The notes: generated by a model from the sequence alone, not told the origin. A stretch of 64,000 nt of DNA from Gammaproteobacteria bacterium (GCA_028279365.1 JANQNX010000009.1:22036-86035), one strand, 5' to 3'; numbered from the stretch's first letter, positions 29,478 through 41,177 are shown. Translations and numbers: made by a program.

Positions 29478-30569
29478 CTAGACGTTAAAACGAAATAACA
29501 CCACGTCTCCATTTTCAACGATGTATTCTTTACCCTCCGAACGCCACTTACCGGCATCCTTCGCACCTTGTTCACCGTTGCAACTCATGTAATCATCAAA
29601 CGCTGTGACCTCGGCGCGAATAAAACCACGTTCAAAGTCTGTATGGATCACACCGGCCGCCTTGGGCGCGGTCGCTCCGATAGGGATAGTCCAGGCCCGT
29701 ACTTCTCTCGGCCCGGCAGTAAAATAGGTTTGCAGGCCTAATAGTTGATAACCAGCCCGAATGATGCGATTCAAACCCGGTTCTTCCAGCCCTAAGGCTT
29801 CGAGGAATTCGAGTTTTTCTTCATCATCAAGTTGTGCAATCTCCGATTCAATTGCAGCACAAACCGGGATTACCTGTGCATCTTCATCTCTTAATAATGC
29901 TTGCAACTTCTCCAACCATGGATTGGAATCCATGCCATCTTCTTCCACATTAGCAATATAAAGCGTCGGCTTATCGGTGAGTAAATGTAGATTGGATATG
30001 GCTTCTCTATCATCATCAGATAAGGACAAGCTACGAATCGGCAGACCTTGATCCAGATGCGCCATCAAGGTTTCCAAGCGCTCTTTTTCCTGCAACGCGG
30101 CCTTATCACCACTGCGCGTCATCTTGGTGACTTTTTGCAAAGCTTTATTCACGGTTTCCTGATCGGCGAGACAGAGTTCAGTATTGATCACTTCAATATC
30201 TGATATCGGATCGACCTTGCCCGCGACATGTACGATATTGTCATCATCAAAACATCGCACCACCTGCGCAATGGCATGCGTCTCACGAATATTGGCGAGA
30301 AACTGATTGCCTAGGCCTTCGCCTTTTGACGCGCCTTCAACCAGGCCAGCAATATCGACAAACTCCATATGCGCCGGAACAACATTCTCCGGTTGCACAA
30401 GATCGGCAAGCTGCTGCAACCTGGGATCCGGTACGGCAACGACACCGACATGGGGATCAATCGTACAAAACGGATAGTTGGCTGCATCGATGGCTGATTT
30501 GGTCAGCGCATTAAACAAGGTTGATTTACCAACATTGGGTAAACCGACGATTCCACATTTAAAACCCAT
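29478..30569 (-). CDS. ychF: Redox-regulated ATPase YchF
   Basis: [41 protein letters not shown]. Confidence 0.98.
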   Translation of the reverse strand: MGFKCGIVGLPNVGKSTLFNALTKSAIDAANYPFCTIDPHVGVVAVPDPRLQQLADLVQPENVVPAHMEFVDIAGLVEGASKGEGLGNQFLANIRETHAIAQVVRCFDDDNIVHVAGKVDPISDIEVINTELCLADQETVNKALQKVTKMTRSGDKAALQEKERLETLMAHLDQGLPIRSLSLSDDDREAISNLHLLTDKPTLYIANVEEDGMDSNPWLEKLQALLRDEDAQVIPVCAAIESEIAQLDDEEKLEFLEALGLEEPGLNRIIRAGYQLLGLQTYFTAGPREVRAWTIPIGATAPKAAGVIHTDFERGFIRAEVTAFDDYMSCNGEQGAKDAGKWRSEGKEYIVENGDVVLFRFNV

Positions 30570-30730
30570 AAGTTACTAAGTAAGATCGAGTGAATATTGA
30601 TTGGATAACAGATGTAATAGCAACATTATAAATGGTTTCGATGTGGTTCCCTAGCAAATTACTTTTTGTCTTGAATTGTTCGGTAGTAGAAAAAGATCTG
30701 ACTTCTGTTAATCAATGCACATATTTTATT

Positions 30731-30743
30731 TCGCATCATGCGA
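30731..30743. promoter_or_regulatory. Palindromic putative operator upstream of the Rieske oxygenase
   Basis: TCGCAT-C-ATGCGA in AT-rich flanks. Confidence 0.35.
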
Positions 30744-30796
30744 TAAATCAGTTAGTGTATGGATTGTGAGCCTCTTTTATTAATGTCCTATCTATC

Positions 30797-31888
30797 ATGA
30801 GTAACGAATCAAACCTTGCTGAATGCCAGTTTAGCGAACAAAAACCGGCCGACATTCGAAAAACCAATATTGATCCTGATTTCTGGTACCCCATCAGTCA
30901 GGCCAAAAAACTAAAAAAGAATAAGCCGCTGGCGGTGAGGTTCGCCGGCGACCCAATCGTATTAGTACGAACCAACAGCAATCAGGTATTTGCGCTGGAA
31001 GACCGTTGCGCACATCGACAGGTGCCGTTATCGGTGGGTGAAGTGGAGGGTGAAACCCTTCGCTGCGGTTATCATTGTTGGACCTATGACAAGACCGGTA
31101 AATGTGTCAACGTACCTTATCTGGATAAGGAAAAGACTTTACCGACCGGCGTGCGCAGTTACCCATGTAAAGAGGAATACGGACTGATCTTTATCTTTCC
31201 CGGCGACCCGGCTAAAGCTGATACTGTAGCGATGCCGGATATTCCAACCTGGCATCGTAACGATTATAAAACCCGTTATCTGGATCGTGAGATCAAATGT
31301 CATTACAGCTTCATGCATGAAAACCTGATGGACATGAACCACCAGTTTTTACACCGTAAATTAATGGGCATGATTCGCACCGTATTTCTGGACAAGAGCA
31401 AAGGTAGCAACTGGGTCGAGTGTAACTACACCTTTGCTCGCAAGGCAGGCAAGCAACATATTGGCGAAAAGTTGATACTGAGACGTAACTCTAAAGACAC
31501 GACCAGGCTTGAAGCCAAAGATCGGGATCAAATGACGATTCGTACGCAATACCCGTATCAAACGCTGCAGTTTAAAGTTGGCGGCAGTAAAGAACCGGAG
31601 CTGGACCTATGGAATATCTATATCCCGGTCGATAAGGAACAGCGCGTAAACCACACTTTTGGCCTGATGATGTTTAAACGACCAGATAAAATGCCGTGGT
31701 TAATGGACATATTCTGGCCGGCGATCATCTGGTTTACCGAGAGTATCTTTGCTGAGGACCGTTGGATAGTCGAACTGGAACAGGCAGCACATGATGCCCA
31801 GGGTGAAGACTGGAACCAGGAAATATTTCCGTTGATAAAAGACTTAAGACAGGTATTGGTGGAAAACGGCGTTCAGCAGCAGAGCTAG
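30797..31888 (+). CDS. Rieske non-heme iron oxygenase alpha subunit
   Basis: Rieske motifs DRCAHR and CGYH; mononuclear Fe ligands ENLMDMNHQFLH and distal FAED. Confidence 0.9.
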   Translation: MSNESNLAECQFSEQKPADIRKTNIDPDFWYPISQAKKLKKNKPLAVRFAGDPIVLVRTNSNQVFALEDRCAHRQVPLSVGEVEGETLRCGYHCWTYDKTGKCVNVPYLDKEKTLPTGVRSYPCKEEYGLIFIFPGDPAKADTVAMPDIPTWHRNDYKTRYLDREIKCHYSFMHENLMDMNHQFLHRKLMGMIRTVFLDKSKGSNWVECNYTFARKAGKQHIGEKLILRRNSKDTTRLEAKDRDQMTIRTQYPYQTLQFKVGGSKEPELDLWNIYIPVDKEQRVNHTFGLMMFKRPDKMPWLMDIFWPAIIWFTESIFAEDRWIVELEQAAHDAQGEDWNQEIFPLIKDLRQVLVENGVQQQS

Positions 31889-31892
31889 TCGC

Positions 31893-32474
31893 TTACTTTT
31901 TTTGATTAAACTGATTCATCAGTTTTTCGATCTCACCAGCAAACACCCAGTCGCGTTGTTCGATAACGTCAACAATAGCATTGATGATCTTGTCTTCATC
32001 CTGTTTACTGGGTCGCCCAAGTACCGATGAAATCACACGGTCTTTGCTACCGGGGTGACCAACACCGATTCGAAGCCGATTAAAATTGTTAGCGCCGGTC
32101 TTTTGAATAATATCTCTCAGGCCATTGTGTCCACCGTGGCCACCACCAATCTTGAAACGAATCGTACCCGGTTCCAGGTCAATCTCGTCATGCACCACCA
32201 GTATTTGACTCAATTCTAACTTATAGAAATTTAACATCGCCTGCACTGCACTGCCGCTCTCGTTCATAAAGGTTTGCGGTTTAGCCAGACGACAATCTGT
32301 GTTCGATTGTTGAAAGCGACACACCTCTGTCTGGAATTTTTTTTCTGTGTTAAACGCTAGCGATAAACGACCAGCTAACGCATCCAGAAACCAAAACCCG
32401 GCATTATGCCGGGTCATTTGGTACTCAGGTCCCGGATTACCAAGACCCACAATAAGCTTTACCTGATTTGCCAT
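31893..32474 (-). CDS. pth: Peptidyl-tRNA hydrolase
   Basis: GLGNPG, TRHNAG, KPQTFMN, HDE, GGHNGL, RLRIGVG. Confidence 0.98.
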   Translation of the reverse strand: MANQVKLIVGLGNPGPEYQMTRHNAGFWFLDALAGRLSLAFNTEKKFQTEVCRFQQSNTDCRLAKPQTFMNESGSAVQAMLNFYKLELSQILVVHDEIDLEPGTIRFKIGGGHGGHNGLRDIIQKTGANNFNRLRIGVGHPGSKDRVISSVLGRPSKQDEDKIINAIVDVIEQRDWVFAGEIEKLMNQFNQKK

Positions 32475-32490
32475 TACTGGCTAAAGCTGA

Positions 32491-33165
32491 CTAGCCGTCA
32501 GACTTGTCTCCATCATCAGACTTCTGCTTGGTGGCTTCCACTTCCGGTGCATCTTCAACTTCGCCTTCTTCAGGTTCAGCTTCGACCCTCGGCATGTAAA
32601 CGTTAGCCACACCCTGCTCATCGTCTTCACCACCGTGGGTCAGCGCAACAATCTCAACCCCTTCAGGCAAGCTTAAGTCGCTGGTGTGTAGGGTCTGACC
32701 CATTTCAACTTCGAGCATATCCACTTCGATATATTCAGGCAGATCTTTTGGTAAACACTGAATCTCCATATCAGTCATCAAGTGGTTGATCACACCACCG
32801 TCACGCTTGACGCCAATACACTTATCTTCATTAACAAAGTGCAGCGGAACACGCATGGTAATAGACTCACCGGCTTTAATACGCAGCAAGTCGATATGTA
32901 GCAGGCGGCGTTTGAACGGATGACGTTGCAGGTCTTTCAGGACCACACTTTCCTGATCCTTGCCTATGGTCAGCGTCAGGATGTGTGAGTAGAACGCTTC
33001 ATGATCCAGATGATGCATGATTTCATCATGATCCAGACTGATCATGGTGGGTTCGGATTCGGCACCGTAGACAATGCCGGGTACTTTGCCAGCACGTCGC
33101 AGGCGGCGGCTCGCACCCTTCCCTACGTCTTCGCGCTTTTCGGCGGAAATTTCAAAAGTTTCCAT
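32491..33165 (-). CDS. rplY: 50S ribosomal protein L25/general stress protein Ctc
   Basis: GKGASRRLRR, VPGIVYG, QRHP, HIDL; ATG at 33165 with GAGGAG SD. Confidence 0.96.
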   Translation of the reverse strand: METFEISAEKREDVGKGASRRLRRAGKVPGIVYGAESEPTMISLDHDEIMHHLDHEAFYSHILTLTIGKDQESVVLKDLQRHPFKRRLLHIDLLRIKAGESITMRVPLHFVNEDKCIGVKRDGGVINHLMTDMEIQCLPKDLPEYIEVDMLEVEMGQTLHTSDLSLPEGVEIVALTHGGEDDEQGVANVYMPRVEAEPEEGEVEDAPEVEATKQKSDDGDKSDG

Positions 33166-33200
33166 TGAGAGTCTCCTCAATCATTAGTAATAAATAAACC

Positions 33201-33222
33201 TTCCGACCGCGACCAGACGGAA
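33201..33222 (-). promoter_or_regulatory. Putative L25 leader hairpin (autogenous control)
   Basis: Minus strand TTCCGTCTGGTCGCGGTCGGAA hairpin in the rplY 5' UTR, with the UGGUCGC core I associate with gammaproteobacterial rplY leaders. Confidence 0.55.
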
Positions 33223-33239
33223 GAGTAGGTACAGAAAGG

Positions 33240-34193
33240 CTAATCCAGGAACATAGAGCTCAGGGATTCACCTTCTGCTATTCGACGAATACTCTCAGCC
33301 AACATCGCTGCTACGCTGAGTTGTCGAATCCGATCACAGGCGGCTGCCTCTGAGCGAAGCGGAATTGTATCTGTTACGACCAATTCATCAAGTCTTGAAT
33401 TCTCAATATTTTTCACAGCATTGCCGGAAAGTACCGCATGGGTACAGTAAGCCACCACTTTTTTGGCTCCAAAATCCTTCAATGCACCGGCGGCATTGCA
33501 TAAAGTACCCGCCGTATCGACCAGATCGTCAATGATCACACAGGTTCGACCCTCGACATCACCAATGATATTCATGATTTCCGATTCATTAGGATTAGGC
33601 CGTCTTTTATCAATAATCGCCAGGTCGGTATCATCCAGGCGTTTTGCCAGAGCCCGGGCACGCACAACACCGCCGACATCGGGCGAAACAACCATGAGAT
33701 CGGGATATTTATGTTTCCACAAATCACCGAGTAACACTGGCGAGCCATAGACATTATCCAGTGGGATATCGAAGAAACCCTGGATCTGATCAGCATGCAA
33801 ATCGACCGTCAGTACACGATCAATACCCGAGATACCAATCATATTGGCCACGACCTTGGCGGTAATCGGCACGCGTGCTGAACGAGAGCGTCGATCCTGG
33901 CGCGCATAGCCCAAATAAGGAATCACGGCGGTTATCCTTGCGGCAGAGGCACGTTTCATCGCATCGGCCATCACCAGTAATTCCATCAAATTATCATTGG
34001 TCGGCGCACAGACTGACTGCATTAAATACACATCATTGCCGCGGACATTCTCATTTATCTCGACCATGACTTCGCCATCACTGAACGAACCGACGGTAAT
34101 CTTGCCTAGCGGAATATTGAGATAATTGGTGGCTTCCTGGGCAAGCTTGGGATTGGCACTGCCACTAAAAATGATCATGTTGGACTCGGACAT
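33240..34193 (-). CDS. prs: Ribose-phosphate pyrophosphokinase
   Basis: [41 protein letters not shown]. Confidence 0.98.
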   Translation of the reverse strand: MSESNMIIFSGSANPKLAQEATNYLNIPLGKITVGSFSDGEVMVEINENVRGNDVYLMQSVCAPTNDNLMELLVMADAMKRASAARITAVIPYLGYARQDRRSRSARVPITAKVVANMIGISGIDRVLTVDLHADQIQGFFDIPLDNVYGSPVLLGDLWKHKYPDLMVVSPDVGGVVRARALAKRLDDTDLAIIDKRRPNPNESEIMNIIGDVEGRTCVIIDDLVDTAGTLCNAAGALKDFGAKKVVAYCTHAVLSGNAVKNIENSRLDELVVTDTIPLRSEAAACDRIRQLSVAAMLAESIRRIAEGESLSSMFLD

Positions 34194-34222
34194 GGTTCAG
34201 GCTGTCTCCGACTAATATAAAA

Positions 34223-34298
34223 TGGCTGGGGTACCAGGACTCGAACCTGGGAATGCAGGGATCAAAACCCTGTGCCTTACCAACTTGGCTATACCCCA
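34223..34298 (-). tRNA. tRNA-Gln (anticodon TTG)
   Basis: 76 nt TGGGGTATAGCCAAGTTGGTAAGGCACAGGGTTTTGATCCCTG...GGTTCGAGTCC...CCA; usual ispE-tRNA-Gln-prs position. Confidence 0.97.
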
Positions 34299-34359
34299 AA
34301 CGTTTTTCTTTTTTATTCTTATAACAATAACTGGATTTTATATTCGCGCAACTCGGCAA

Positions 34360-35220
34360 TTAGCTTTTATGCGCGTTTGTTTTTTGCTGCTCCAGTCTGT
34401 CACGTAACGGAGAGCGATTTATCCCTTTTACAACAAAACCCTGCCAATTCTCGGGCAATGATTGTTGCACCCTCTGTGCAGATTCCCGGTCTGGAAAGGC
34501 CGCAAATAAACACGATCCTGTCCCTGTCAGCCTGGCTTCAGCATGATCTGAAAGCCATGCTAATGCTTCGTTAACTTGACTAAACTTTTGTTTTACGACC
34601 GCTTCGCAGTCGTTAATTCCGCCCCGTTCGAGAAAGTCGCGTATTGTGATTGGAGGTGTATTCCGTGTCAAATCATCGGCACCAAAAATATCCGCTGTCG
34701 GGACACTACAGCCCGGGTGTATCACTAAATAGTCACTTTCTTCAGGTTCAATCGCAGTCAATTGTTCACCTACGCCTTCTGCCCAGGCTGCGTGCCCACG
34801 AATAAAAACCGGGACATCCGCACCGAGTGACAAACCTATCTCAGCTAATTGATCATCACTCAATCCGGTTTTCCAAAGGTAATTTAGCGCGATGAGTGTC
34901 GTTGCTGCATCCGAGCTGCCACCGCCCAAACCACCGCCAGAGGGGATACGTTTTACTACGCTAATGTCTGCACCCAGCTTTGCGCCACTGGCAATCTTTA
35001 ACGCATGGGCAGCACGCACAACGAGGTCCTCATGTTCCGGCACACCATCCAGCACAGAGCACCGATGAACTTCACCATCTTCACGGATAGCAAAACTGAT
35101 GTCATCAACAAGGTTGATAAATTGAAACGCTGTTTGTAATAAATGATAGCCGTCTTCACGACGGCCTACGATATGCAAGAACAAGTTAAGCTTCGCCGGT
35201 GCTGGCCAGGTTTGATTCAT
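34360..35220 (-). CDS. ispE: 4-diphosphocytidyl-2-C-methyl-D-erythritol kinase
   Basis: APAKLNLFL, GYHLLQT, GGGLGGGSSDAA, GADVP, LTGTGS. Confidence 0.98.
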   Translation of the reverse strand: MNQTWPAPAKLNLFLHIVGRREDGYHLLQTAFQFINLVDDISFAIREDGEVHRCSVLDGVPEHEDLVVRAAHALKIASGAKLGADISVVKRIPSGGGLGGGSSDAATTLIALNYLWKTGLSDDQLAEIGLSLGADVPVFIRGHAAWAEGVGEQLTAIEPEESDYLVIHPGCSVPTADIFGADDLTRNTPPITIRDFLERGGINDCEAVVKQKFSQVNEALAWLSDHAEARLTGTGSCLFAAFPDRESAQRVQQSLPENWQGFVVKGINRSPLRDRLEQQKTNAHKS

Positions 35221-35274
35221 CGTAAAAATAGTATTGAAATTGAGAGATAATATCGAGTCTTGGAAATTAAAACG

Positions 35275-35871
35275 CTATATTTCCCACTGTTTGACGACCA
35301 TCCTTAACTGCACACCGTCGCCACGTATCACCAGCTTCTCAGGAAGTGATATTCCATTGAGTTCTTTATAACGTAATATACTGATGCTAAAACCGGATTG
35401 CTTCATGTATATCAATCGACCCTCTGCATCCAGTGACAATTCGCTAAATGTGGTATTCGGTTCCGGAATACCGCGCACCCAATACTGAAGGCCATCAAGA
35501 TAAACGGAAAAGCCCAGCCCGGAATCCATCAATGTTTGCGCATTGTCGGCCTGGTAGACTTTCTTGTCCGGGCCAATCATCGTCACACTATTTGGTGAGC
35601 CATTAAAGAAATAGCTACCTTGCCCAAGCGGCGCAATTAAATGTAAGTCATAGTTAGACAGTAATTGCTGCCAGTGCAAGGTCGCCGACACACCCTGCTT
35701 TTCAGTTTGAATACCAATACGCGATGTTAATTTCCATTCCGAGATCGCGGTGATATCAAGTTGATGTTGCAACCAGCGTGACGGATCGACGTCTTTTTCT
35801 ATGGTTGGAGCTTGGCTACAGGCAGCGAGTAAAACAATCGGCAATAATGCGACACTGCGCAGGATATTCAC
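35275..35871 (-). CDS. lolB: Outer-membrane lipoprotein receptor LolB
   Basis: Lipobox LAAC, APLG, LQYWVRGIP, LPEKL; synteny with ispE. Confidence 0.92.
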   Translation of the reverse strand: MNILRSVALLPIVLLAACSQAPTIEKDVDPSRWLQHQLDITAISEWKLTSRIGIQTEKQGVSATLHWQQLLSNYDLHLIAPLGQGSYFFNGSPNSVTMIGPDKKVYQADNAQTLMDSGLGFSVYLDGLQYWVRGIPEPNTTFSELSLDAEGRLIYMKQSGFSISILRYKELNGISLPEKLVIRGDGVQLRMVVKQWEI

Positions 35872-37646
35872 GGTTTAAAGCGTTCAATCACTTTCAGCAG
35901 TTTGTCATCGGTCGGCGTATCTTCCAACGCGGTATCCCACACTTCCTGCGCCGCTTTCTTATCACCCATCACCCACAAGACTTCGCCTAAATGTGCCGCA
36001 ATCTCGGGATCGCTTCTGAGTTGCAGGGCCTCGCGTAAATATTTCACCGCCTCTTCAAGGCGACCCAACCGATACAATACCCAGCCCATGCTATCCAGGA
36101 TATAAAAATCACCCGAGCTAAGTTCATAAGCTCGCTTAATATATTCATACGCTTCCTGATATCGTTCAGTACGATCTGCCAGCGTATAGCCCAGGGCATT
36201 CAGTGCGGTTGCGTTGTCGGGGTCTTTATCAAGAATCTGTTTTAAATCCGCTTCCAGAATATCAAGCCGGTTCATTTTTTCTGCCAACATGGCACGTGAA
36301 TATAATAAATCCGGATGCGATTTCTTTTCGATCTCACGATTGAATAAGCTTAACGCCTCCTGGTAGCGTTTTTCATCGGTCAGGATCTCACCCTCAGCCT
36401 GGATGATAATCAAACGATTGGCATCATTGGGTTTTTCTATACTGCGAATATTAGTGAGCGCTTTTTCTACCTGCCCTTCTTTGGCAAGAAGCAGGCTTAA
36501 GCGGATCCTTGCATCCAGATAATTATCACCACCGTGCACGCCCTGATAATAATCACTGGCCTTCTGCAGCTGCTTGCGCTCTTCAGCAATGCGGCCCAGA
36601 TAATAGTTGGAATCATAGACGCGTTTTTTCAACTCGCCCAAACGCACAAAATATTGTTCGGCATCATCCAACCTGCCTATCTGCAAATACAGTAATCCGA
36701 GCGCATAGAGAATATCGATGTTGTTCGGCGCTTGAACTGCCAAAATTTCAAACTGTCGACGTGCATCATCAAAGCGCTTGGCGTCAGTCAACAAACGCGC
36801 ATAAGCCTGTCTTAGATTAAAATCGTCTTCGCTGTCTTTCAGCGTTTCTTCCAGCCAGCTTATGGCTTCATTAGTCGCACCTTGTTTTTGTAATAAGGAC
36901 AGGTAAGTCATCGCCGCTGCGTCGTTACCCGGCTTTATTTCCAGGACTCGCTGTAATAACTCCTTGGATCGTTGTAAATTCCCAAAGCGGGCTGCAACGT
37001 GTGCATAGGCGTAGAGTGCATCAGGATCGTCAAGGTGATTTTGCATCAGGCGATCCATCAGCAACATCACCGCCGCCTGATCTTCTTCACGCCCCAAGAA
37101 ATTGGCAATCATCCAAAGCTTTTGATCCATGTTGCCTTTGGAATGCGAGAGTATGGTTTCAACATGCATCAGCGCGGCATCAATATCACCCTCGCGCAGT
37201 TTCATGACGGTCAACACCTGATGTGCGTCAGGATTTGCCGGGTCGATCTCCAGCCACAAACTGGCCGCTTCGGTCGCAATCGCATCATCGCGAGCATAAA
37301 TAGCAATACGTGTTGCTCTTTCTATTACCAGCGGGTCTCGGGTAGTTCTGGCCAGTTCCATATAGTTACTGACGGCTATATCAATCTTGCCACGCTGGCC
37401 GGCGACTTCAGCAACCAACAATTTAAACAAAATATCTTCAGTTAACTCAATGTCCGGCCGCGGAGGTAGCTGGCGAGTTTCAGGTGCATCCTGCTCAGCA
37501 GGCTGCTGACTATCAGTCACTGGCTCCTGCTCAACCAGTTCAGGTTCAACCGGTTCTTGTACAAGACTGGTACAGGCATTAAGTGTTAAGAATGCCAATG
37601 ACAGCAATGAAAATTTGACTAACCTGTAACTTGATGTAAACAGCAT
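35868..37646 (-). CDS. TPR-repeat lipoprotein
   Basis: Lipobox LNAC, LLVAEVAGQRG, ALNALGYTLAD, DSMGWV; conserved hemA/TPR/lolB context. Confidence 0.9.
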   Translation of the reverse strand: MLFTSSYRLVKFSLLSLAFLTLNACTSLVQEPVEPELVEQEPVTDSQQPAEQDAPETRQLPPRPDIELTEDILFKLLVAEVAGQRGKIDIAVSNYMELARTTRDPLVIERATRIAIYARDDAIATEAASLWLEIDPANPDAHQVLTVMKLREGDIDAALMHVETILSHSKGNMDQKLWMIANFLGREEDQAAVMLLMDRLMQNHLDDPDALYAYAHVAARFGNLQRSKELLQRVLEIKPGNDAAAMTYLSLLQKQGATNEAISWLEETLKDSEDDFNLRQAYARLLTDAKRFDDARRQFEILAVQAPNNIDILYALGLLYLQIGRLDDAEQYFVRLGELKKRVYDSNYYLGRIAEERKQLQKASDYYQGVHGGDNYLDARIRLSLLLAKEGQVEKALTNIRSIEKPNDANRLIIIQAEGEILTDEKRYQEALSLFNREIEKKSHPDLLYSRAMLAEKMNRLDILEADLKQILDKDPDNATALNALGYTLADRTERYQEAYEYIKRAYELSSGDFYILDSMGWVLYRLGRLEEAVKYLREALQLRSDPEIAAHLGEVLWVMGDKKAAQEVWDTALEDTPTDDKLLKVIERFKP

Positions 37647-37893
37647 AAATCGACCTCTTACGTCTATTTAATTATTTTGTCAGATCGGCGCTAAAAATAA
37701 TACTGGCGAAATTTCATATATAATTAGCGGTAAAAATATTTATTACTGGATTCAAAAGCACGGCATTTGTTCACTATTTTTGTCTATGAATATCGCAAAC
37801 TATGGACGAGACACAAACCTGATTGATTTTTGTTGTATTAAAATGGCGTCGGGAAGAGAATTTTTATAATAATTTCATTATATTATCCCACAT

Positions 37894-39174
37894 ATGACAT
37901 TAATTGCTTACGGCATTAACCACGCAACCGCACCGATTGAGATTCGTGAGAAAATCAGCTTTGGTGTGGATGCAATGCCTGACGCCTTGCACGAGTTGAA
38001 ACACCAGAATGGTGTCCATGAGGCAGCCATCCTATCAACCTGCAACCGAACCGAGATCTATTGCAATATTGATCAGGAAAACAACCTGAACCCGGTCGAT
38101 TGGTTACACAATTTTCATGGCATGAAACCCGGCCTGTTAAAGCCATTTTTATACAAACATCCGGATCTCAACGCTGTGCGCCATTTATTGAGAGTTGCCA
38201 GTGGTCTTGATTCAATGATCCTGGGTGAGCCTCAAGTATTGGGACAGATGAAAGACGCCTATCAAAAGGCGGTCAGCGCTGGCAGTATCGGACATCAACT
38301 GAACCGACTGTTTCAACATTCATTTCACGTCGCCAAAGAAGTACGCAGCAATACCTCGATTGGTAATCATCCGGTCTCGGTAGCGTTTGCTGCAGTCAGA
38401 CTGGCGCAACAGATATTCGGCGATCTCGATAAACAAACCGCACTGCTGATTGGCGCCGGTGAAACCATTGAACTGGCAACCAAACATTTATATGAAAAAG
38501 GCCTGCGCCGAATGATCATTGCCAATCGCACACTGGAACGTTCGCAACGTTTGGCGAATGAATATTCTGTATTTGCTATTCAGATCGGCGATATACCCAA
38601 GCACCTAGCTGAAGCAGATATTGTTATTTCGTCGACCGCAAGCCCGTTACCGATACTCGGTAAAGGCGCTGTCGAGAGCGCCATTAAACAACGCAAGCAT
38701 AAACCGATTTTCATGGTGGATATTGCAGTCCCGCGCGATATCGAAGTCGAAGTCGGAGATATGGACGATGTCTACCTGTACAGCGTCGACGATTTAAAAG
38801 ATATGGTGCAAGAGAATTTGCGCAATCGTCAGGAAGCCGCCGTTCAAGCCGAAAAGATCGTCGACTCACAAGCCAAAGAGTTTATGCTCTGGCTAAACTC
38901 GCTGGATGCCGTATCAACCATCCGCGCACTACGAGGCCATGCTGAAAAAATTCAGCAAGAGGTGATACAAGCCGCAGTACAAAAATTGCAGCAGGGCGCC
39001 GACCCGGAAACGGTATTACAGGATACGGCGAGAAATTTAACCAATAAACTGATCCACTCGCCAAGTGCCAACCTGAGAAACGCCAGCTCACAAAACCGGG
39101 ACGATTTGCTCAAGGCAGCAGAAGAACTCTACGGCCTGGATATTCTTCAACAGCACGATCACAAAGAACATTAG
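37894..39174 (+). CDS. hemA: Glutamyl-tRNA reductase
   Basis: LSTCNRTE, SGLDSMILGEPQ, IGAGE, DIAVPRD. Confidence 0.98.
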   Translation: MTLIAYGINHATAPIEIREKISFGVDAMPDALHELKHQNGVHEAAILSTCNRTEIYCNIDQENNLNPVDWLHNFHGMKPGLLKPFLYKHPDLNAVRHLLRVASGLDSMILGEPQVLGQMKDAYQKAVSAGSIGHQLNRLFQHSFHVAKEVRSNTSIGNHPVSVAFAAVRLAQQIFGDLDKQTALLIGAGETIELATKHLYEKGLRRMIIANRTLERSQRLANEYSVFAIQIGDIPKHLAEADIVISSTASPLPILGKGAVESAIKQRKHKPIFMVDIAVPRDIEVEVGDMDDVYLYSVDDLKDMVQENLRNRQEAAVQAEKIVDSQAKEFMLWLNSLDAVSTIRALRGHAEKIQQEVIQAAVQKLQQGADPETVLQDTARNLTNKLIHSPSANLRNASSQNRDDLLKAAEELYGLDILQQHDHKEH

Positions 39175-39243
39175 CAACCGTTCAGGTTTTTTATGTTGGC
39201 GGGCTAATCCGACCAAGACTGTTCACGATAACGAAAACATAAA

Positions 39244-40326
39244 ATGAAAGAATCACTGCAATTAAAACTGGAGAAACTACTGGAACGCCAGGAGGAACTG
39301 GATGGGCTGTTATCAGATCCGGACATCATTAATAACCAGAATAAATTTCGTGAACTCTCACAAGAGTATGCGGAAGTCCGCCCTATCGTCAGTTGTTTTA
39401 ATGACTACCGTAAGACACTTGAAGACATCGCATCTGCCAATGAAATGCTCAAAGACAAGGATACCGATATCCAGGAAATGGCGGCAGAAGAGCTAAAACA
39501 AGCGGAAGAGGAAAACAGACGGCTTGATGATGAGTTACAGATCCTGTTACTTCCCCGTGACCCGACCGACAACAGTAATATCTTTCTCGAGATACGTGCC
39601 GGCACCGGTGGTGAAGAAGCCGCGTTATTCGCAGGCAATTTGTTACGCATGTATACACGTTATGCAGAAAACCGCGGCTGGACCATCGAGCATATCAGTG
39701 CTGCTGAAAGCGATCTTGAGGGTTATAAGGAGATCATCCTGCGCGTCATTGGTGAGGGCGCCTACTCGAGATTGAAATTTGAGTCCGGCGCACATCGGGT
39801 GCAGCGCGTGCCAGAAACCGAATCACAGGGACGCGTGCATACTTCAGCATGTACTGTCGCGATTTTGCCCGAGGTGGATGAGATCAGCGAGATTGAAATC
39901 AACCCGGCTGATCTACGCATTGATACATTTCGTGCATCCGGTGCCGGGGGTCAGCACGTTAATAAAACTGACTCTGCCATTCGCATCACGCATATCCCTA
40001 CCAATACGGTAGTTGAATGTCAGGATGAGCGATCACAACACAAGAACAAAGCCAGGGCCATGTCATTTTTGCAGGCACGGCTGTTAAATAATGAACGTGA
40101 AAAACAACAAACGGAACAGGCCGAAAATCGACGTAACCTGGTCGGCAGTGGCGATCGCTCAGAGCGAATACGCACCTATAACTTTCCGCAAGGCCGGGTG
40201 ACCGACCATCGTATTAATCTGACCTTGTATAGTTTGAATGAATTCATGGAAGGCAACCTGGACATGATCATCGACCCGTTGATTAGCGAACACCAGGCGG
40301 ACTTACTGGCCGCAGTAGGAGACTGA
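39244..40326 (+). CDS. prfA: Peptide chain release factor 1
   Basis: RVPET motif, [15 protein letters not shown]. Confidence 0.98.
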   Translation: MKESLQLKLEKLLERQEELDGLLSDPDIINNQNKFRELSQEYAEVRPIVSCFNDYRKTLEDIASANEMLKDKDTDIQEMAAEELKQAEEENRRLDDELQILLLPRDPTDNSNIFLEIRAGTGGEEAALFAGNLLRMYTRYAENRGWTIEHISAAESDLEGYKEIILRVIGEGAYSRLKFESGAHRVQRVPETESQGRVHTSACTVAILPEVDEISEIEINPADLRIDTFRASGAGGQHVNKTDSAIRITHIPTNTVVECQDERSQHKNKARAMSFLQARLLNNEREKQQTEQAENRRNLVGSGDRSERIRTYNFPQGRVTDHRINLTLYSLNEFMEGNLDMIIDPLISEHQADLLAAVGD

Positions 40327-40340
40327 TACTCCATTAAAAC

Positions 40341-41177
40341 ATGCAGATTGCAGTTGCAATAAAACAGGCTAGCCAGCGATTAGTCAATTCTGACAGTGCC
40401 AGACTTGATGCAGAAATACTGTTAAGCCATGTGCTTGAATGCCCACGCAGTTATTTATACTCGCACCCGGAATTCGAACTAAAAACGGCTATATTGGATC
40501 AGTTCCAGAACTTGATCGGACAACGCTGTGAAGGCCACCCGGTTGCACATTTAACCGGTGAAAAAGAATTCTGGTCAATAGCGCTTCATGTTACAAAAGA
40601 TACGCTGATTCCCAGACCGGAAACAGAACGGCTGGTTGAAGCCGCGCTATCGGTTATCGCTGACGAGCAAACAACGAAAGTGCTGGATTTGGGCACGGGT
40701 ACCGGTGCCATTGCGATTGCCATCGCGACCGAACGACCTGATGCCAGCATTACAGCGACGGATAATAATGACCAGGTGTTAACACTCGCAAAACAAAACG
40801 CCGAGCGACATCAGATAAACACGATCAAATTTGTTAACTCTGACTGGTTCCAAAAACTGCATAAGGAAAAATTTGATGTGATTGTTAGCAACCCGCCTTA
40901 CATCTCGAAAGACGATGTCTGGCTGGATCAGAGCGATGTCAGATTTGAAGCGAGAACGGCGCTAATCTCAGATAATAATGGCTTACAAGATATTCAGGCC
41001 ATATGTCAGATGGCTGGCAATTATTTAAAAAATAATGCCTGGTTATTGCTTGAACATGGACATCAACAAGGTAAAGCTTGCAGGGATATATTTATCAATA
41101 ATGGTTTTAATAATATCAATACGATCAAAGATTATAGTGATCGCGACCGCGTCTGCATGGGTCAATGGCAAACATGA
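40341..41177 (+). CDS. prmC: Release factor glutamine methyltransferase
   Basis: LIPRPETE, LDLGTGTGAIA, SNPPY, LEHG. Confidence 0.97.
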   Translation: MQIAVAIKQASQRLVNSDSARLDAEILLSHVLECPRSYLYSHPEFELKTAILDQFQNLIGQRCEGHPVAHLTGEKEFWSIALHVTKDTLIPRPETERLVEAALSVIADEQTTKVLDLGTGTGAIAIAIATERPDASITATDNNDQVLTLAKQNAERHQINTIKFVNSDWFQKLHKEKFDVIVSNPPYISKDDVWLDQSDVRFEARTALISDNNGLQDIQAICQMAGNYLKNNAWLLLEHGHQQGKACRDIFINNGFNNINTIKDYSDRDRVCMGQWQT

